NCBI GenBank assembly: GCA_965370135.1
Contig: CBDUUA010000001.1
Coordinates: 1 to 29,537 of the forward strand
Reading direction: 5' to 3'
DNA from: an uncultured Cellvibrionales bacterium
GTDB taxonomy: Bacteria > Pseudomonadota > Gammaproteobacteria > Pseudomonadales > JAHEGP01
Length of the DNA stretch: 29,537 nucleotides
The position numbers were made by a program, and so were the translations under genes. Each line of letters starts with the position of its first letter. Positions within the stretch are counted from its first letter, which is position 1. Below are positions 26,635-29,537 of the stretch, piece by piece. Under the pieces are notes generated by a model that ran no database searches, was not told where the DNA came from, and saw nothing but the letters and a program-made list of their open reading frames with translations.

Positions 26635-28314
26635 ATGAGCGAAAGCTTTGCTGAATTATTCGAAGAGAGTTTGAAGACCATTGATATGAAACCCGGTTCT
26701 ATCGTGACCGGTATCGTGGTTGATGTCGATGACGATTGGGTAACCGTGCATGCGGGCCTCAAGTCAGAGGGTGTCATACCCAAAAACCAGTTCTTCAATG
26801 ACAGTGGCGAGTGCAACATCAATGTTGGTGACGAAGTGCAGGTCGCTCTGGAGGCGGTGGAAGATGGTTTCGGTGAAACCCGCCTGTCACGAGAGAAAGC
26901 CAAGCGCGCCGAGTCCTGGATTGAATTGGAAAAAGCCCACGAAGCAGAAGATATCGTCAAGGGCGTGATCAGCGGCAAGGTCAAAGGTGGCTTTACCGTC
27001 GACGTCAATACTATCCGTGCATTCTTACCGGGATCCCTGGTTGATGTGCGGCCGGTGAGAGAGACAACTCATCTCGAAGGCAAAGAGCTCGAATTCAAGG
27101 TTATAAAGCTGGATCGAAAGCGCAATAACGTGGTCGTTAGTCGACGTGCGGTGCTGGAAAAAGCCAATAGTGCAGAGCGCGAGCAATTGCTGGCCAATTT
27201 GGCGGAAGGCGTGGTTGTTAAAGGTATTGTCAAGAACCTCACAGACTATGGCGCCTTTGTCGATTTGGGCGGTGTGGATGGTTTGTTGCACATCACCGAT
27301 ATGGCGTGGAAGCGGATCAAGCATCCAAGCGAAATCGTCAATGTAGGCGATGAAATTGATGTTCGTGTACTCAAGTTTGACCGGGAGCGCAATCGCGTTT
27401 CGCTGGGGCTCAAACAATTGGGCGAGGATCCATGGGTCGAAATCAAGAATCGCTACCCTGAGGGCAGTCGCATAAAAGCAGTTGTTACCAATCTCACCGA
27501 TTACGGTTGTTTCGCCGAAATTGAGGAGGGCGTCGAAGGGCTGGTGCACGTCTCGGAGATGGACTGGACCAACAAGAATATTCATCCTTCCAAGGTTATT
27601 CAGGTCGGGGAAGAAGTCGAGGTCATGGTGCTGGATATCGACGAAGAACGTCGCCGCATCTCGCTGGGTATCAAGCAATGCCAGGACAATCCCTGGGATA
27701 CCTTTGGCGAAGCCAACTCGAAGGGAGACAAGGTTAAAGGCGTCATCAAGTCAATCACTGACTTCGGCATCTTTATTGGCCTGGAGGGCAATATTGACGG
27801 CCTGGTGCACCTGTCTGATATCTCCTGGCAGGAGACCGGAGAAGAGGCTGTTCGCAGCTATAAGAAGGGCGACGAGATTGAGACCGTCATTCTGGCAATC
27901 GACCCCGAGCGCGAGCGCATATCGCTGGGTATTAAACAGTTGGATAGCGATCCCTTTACTGATTATATCCTGCAGCATGACAAGGGTTCTATTGTTAAGG
28001 GCACGGTCAAGGAGCTCGATGCGAAAGCTGCTATTATTACTTTGAGTGACGAAGTGGAAGGCGTGCTTAAGGCCTCTGAAATCAGTCGCGATAAGGTAGA
28101 AGATGCTCGCAACGTGCTCAAGGCAGGTGACGAGGTTGAGGTCAAAATTATTAATGTTGACCGTAAAAATCGCTCTATGAATCTTTCTATCAAAGCGAAA
28201 GACAGGGACGACGAGAAAGAAGCGGTGCAATCCTTGCGCGAGCGAGAGGAAAAAACGGCGCCGACTACTCTTGGGGATCTGATCAAGGCCGAGATGGAAA
28301 ACCGGGATCAGTAA
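26635..28314 (+). CDS. rpsA: 30S ribosomal protein S1
   Basis: Start at ATG 26635 ([12 protein letters not shown]). Six S1 repeats, including '[12 protein letters not shown]' and '[20 protein letters not shown]'. Confidence 0.99.
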   Translation: MSESFAELFEESLKTIDMKPGSIVTGIVVDVDDDWVTVHAGLKSEGVIPKNQFFNDSGECNINVGDEVQVALEAVEDGFGETRLSREKAKRAESWIELEKAHEAEDIVKGVISGKVKGGFTVDVNTIRAFLPGSLVDVRPVRETTHLEGKELEFKVIKLDRKRNNVVVSRRAVLEKANSAEREQLLANLAEGVVVKGIVKNLTDYGAFVDLGGVDGLLHITDMAWKRIKHPSEIVNVGDEIDVRVLKFDRERNRVSLGLKQLGEDPWVEIKNRYPEGSRIKAVVTNLTDYGCFAEIEEGVEGLVHVSEMDWTNKNIHPSKVIQVGEEVEVMVLDIDEERRRISLGIKQCQDNPWDTFGEANSKGDKVKGVIKSITDFGIFIGLEGNIDGLVHLSDISWQETGEEAVRSYKKGDEIETVILAIDPERERISLGIKQLDSDPFTDYILQHDKGSIVKGTVKELDAKAAIITLSDEVEGVLKASEISRDKVEDARNVLKAGDEVEVKIINVDRKNRSMNLSIKAKDRDDEKEAVQSLREREEKTAPTTLGDLIKAEMENRDQ

Positions 28315-28344
28315 TTGCGCTGATCAGGGCGTAGCCTTAGTACC

Positions 28345-28393
28345 GGTGGTAGTGGCTGTTTTGGCGGCTGCTACCACCCAGGTTTGTTTTTGC
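28345..28393 (+). terminator. Hairpin / terminator-like structure between rpsA and ihfB
   Basis: GGTGGTAG (28345-52) pairs with CTACCACC (28371-78), with a further G.U-rich inner stem. T-rich TTTGTTTTT follows a few nt downstream. Confidence 0.5.
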
Positions 28394-28440
28394 CTGGCTT
28401 GAAGCAGGGGATCCTGAGAGTGACGAAATAAGGAATAGCT

Positions 28441-28746
28441 ATGACTAAATCAGAGCTGATTGAGCGCATTGCTGCCAAGCAGACTCATCTGCCGTTGAAA
28501 GATGTGGAAGTGGCGGTCAAGAGCATTCTGGATTATATGTCACAGGCTCTGGCGTCGGGTGAGCGAATAGAAATACGAGGCTTTGGCAGCTTTTCACTGC
28601 ATTATCGAGCCCCCCGCAGGGGACGAAACCCCAAAACCGGGGAAACAGTGCAGCTAGACGGCAAATATGTGCCTCATTTCAAACCCGGCAAGGAAATGCG
28701 TGAGCGGGTGAATGAAAGCTCTCAGCAGGACAGTTACCTCGGTTGA
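28441..28746 (+). CDS. ihfB: Integration host factor subunit beta
   Basis: '[11 protein letters not shown]', '[25 protein letters not shown]' and '[14 protein letters not shown]'. Follows rpsA. Confidence 0.98.
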   Translation: MTKSELIERIAAKQTHLPLKDVEVAVKSILDYMSQALASGERIEIRGFGSFSLHYRAPRRGRNPKTGETVQLDGKYVPHFKPGKEMRERVNESSQQDSYLG

Positions 28747-28779
28747 GCTTTTGAGGAAGAGGATTGAACATCGCAATCT

Positions 28780-28816
28780 AAAACGGTATGGTCGCAAGGG
28801 CATACCGTTTTTATTT
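28780..28816 (+). terminator. Intrinsic terminator after ihfB
   Basis: Perfect 11-bp stem AAAACGGTATG/CATACCGTTTT around a GCAA (GNRA)-type loop, followed by TTTTTATTT. Confidence 0.75.
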
Positions 28817-29025
28817 ACAGGATGTAATGTATGCCGCGGGTACATGGATGTACAAGAGCGGCGATTTACAGGATGTAATGGTGCGATTTTGTGCTCCTGC
28901 AAAATCGACACTTCCGCCGTCCATGGCGGTCGTATGCCGCGGGTACATGGCAGGATTTCGTTCCGGACGAATCCTAAGTGCCTGCGTCCATGCAGGCAAT
29001 GTACAGGAGCGGCGATTTACAGGAT
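28813..29025. repeat. Composite REP/BIME-like palindromic mosaic between ihfB and lapA
   Basis: Direct repeats: ATTTACAGGATGTAATG (28813, 28864), GTATGCCGCGGGTACATGG (28829, 28932), ATGTACARGAGCGGCGATTTACAGGAT (28848, 28999). Several short hairpins lie between them. Confidence 0.85.
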
Positions 29026-29037
29026 TTTGGGGGTATC

Positions 29038-29328
29038 ATGAAACTAATCAAACGATTGTTGACGGCTTTGTTGCTATTGGCGTTGGTAGCTTGCGCCGTA
29101 GTATTTGCGTTATCCAATCAGACGGCAGTAGAAGTCGATTTTCTGGCCTTTACGTTGACGGCAAGCACAGCCATCTGGATCGTCGGCGCCCTGGTAGTTG
29201 GCGGTCTTTTGGGACTGATGGCGGGTACAGGTGTATTCTTTCGCCTTAAAACCACCGAGGTTCGTAGTTCTCGTAAAATCAAACGCTACGAACAGGAAAT
29301 CAGTAAGATTCAGGCTGACAGCGCTTAA
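29038..29328 (+). CDS. lapA: Lipopolysaccharide assembly protein A domain protein (DUF1049)
   Basis: Start at ATG 29038. TM helix, 'FALSNQTAVEVDFL', a second TM helix 'W...ALVVGGLLG', then a coiled coil. Usual position after ihfB. Confidence 0.85.
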   Translation: MKLIKRLLTALLLLALVACAVVFALSNQTAVEVDFLAFTLTASTAIWIVGALVVGGLLGLMAGTGVFFRLKTTEVRSSRKIKRYEQEISKIQADSA

Positions 29329-29537
29329 GCAATGATTCTCAGAGCCGGGTTTGGGAGCGTGGTTCTGCGCCTGTCCTGAGTCGCCCATTCGATGCCGGGA
29401 TGGCGATTGAAGTTGTCAATCCGATCTGGTGAGCGCATTAGCGGCAATATTAACGCAAATGAAATATTGAGTCGGGGTGCCCGCTTCGATATATTGTCTC
29501 CGTGTGCAGGACGCACATGCTAACCAAAAAATGAAAA

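Noticed and set aside
27025-27678. 217-aa antisense ORF within rpsA, and similar shadow ORFs elsewhere (e.g. 1897-2508, 21734-22339)
   Set aside because: They lie wholly opposite well-supported genes and show no domain features.
28326-28357. GTAGC...GGTGGTAGTGG resembles a JUMPstart/ops element
   Set aside because: It does not match GGCGGTAGnnTG and is better explained as one arm of the rpsA-ihfB hairpin.
28813-29025. Repeats as a mini CRISPR array
   Set aside because: The repeat units are of several types, nested and irregularly spaced. There are no unique constant-length spacers and no cas genes in the window.
29329-29537. Possible lapB or next gene at the window end
   Set aside because: No recognisable coding sequence. 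An ATG at 29532 is cut off by the window edge, so nothing can be called.

Overview
This looks like chromosomal DNA of a gammaproteobacterium (Pseudomonas/Cellvibrionales-like gene order; the taxon is an inference). From about 7.5 kb to the end it is mostly a conserved housekeeping backbone: pdxJ-ppiA-SH3 protein, yciI-yciB, yciV-yciO-scpA-scpB-rluB, yciK-gph-mtaD, and gyrA-serC-pheA-tyrA-aroA-cmk-rpsA-ihfB-lapA. The first 7.5 kb is accessory and is the most interesting part. Bases 1-3961 hold the 3' end of a translationally coupled operon whose complex I-like subunits resemble the archaeal membrane-bound sulfane reductase (MBS/MBX) rather than Nuo or a [NiFe]-hydrogenase. The NuoD-like subunit keeps only one Cys of each NiFe motif (RICVPD, DACPPE) and lacks the quinone-site His and Tyr. 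Its NuoI-like subunit is fused to a GltD-like flavin/NAD(P)H module, and a ferritin-like di-iron gene follows. Next come a REP doublet with compensatory base changes, an internally duplicated unknown protein, a CHAP-like remnant, a voltage-sensor-like membrane protein with no pore, and an orphan CapA. Oddities in the backbone: ubiG is missing from its usual slot, tyrA and aroA are in frame and separated by one stop codon, a nested REP-like mosaic lies after ihfB, and there are many short tandem micro-duplications at gene junctions. No rRNA, tRNA, CRISPR array or transposase was seen. All family assignments come from motif recognition by eye, not from database searches.
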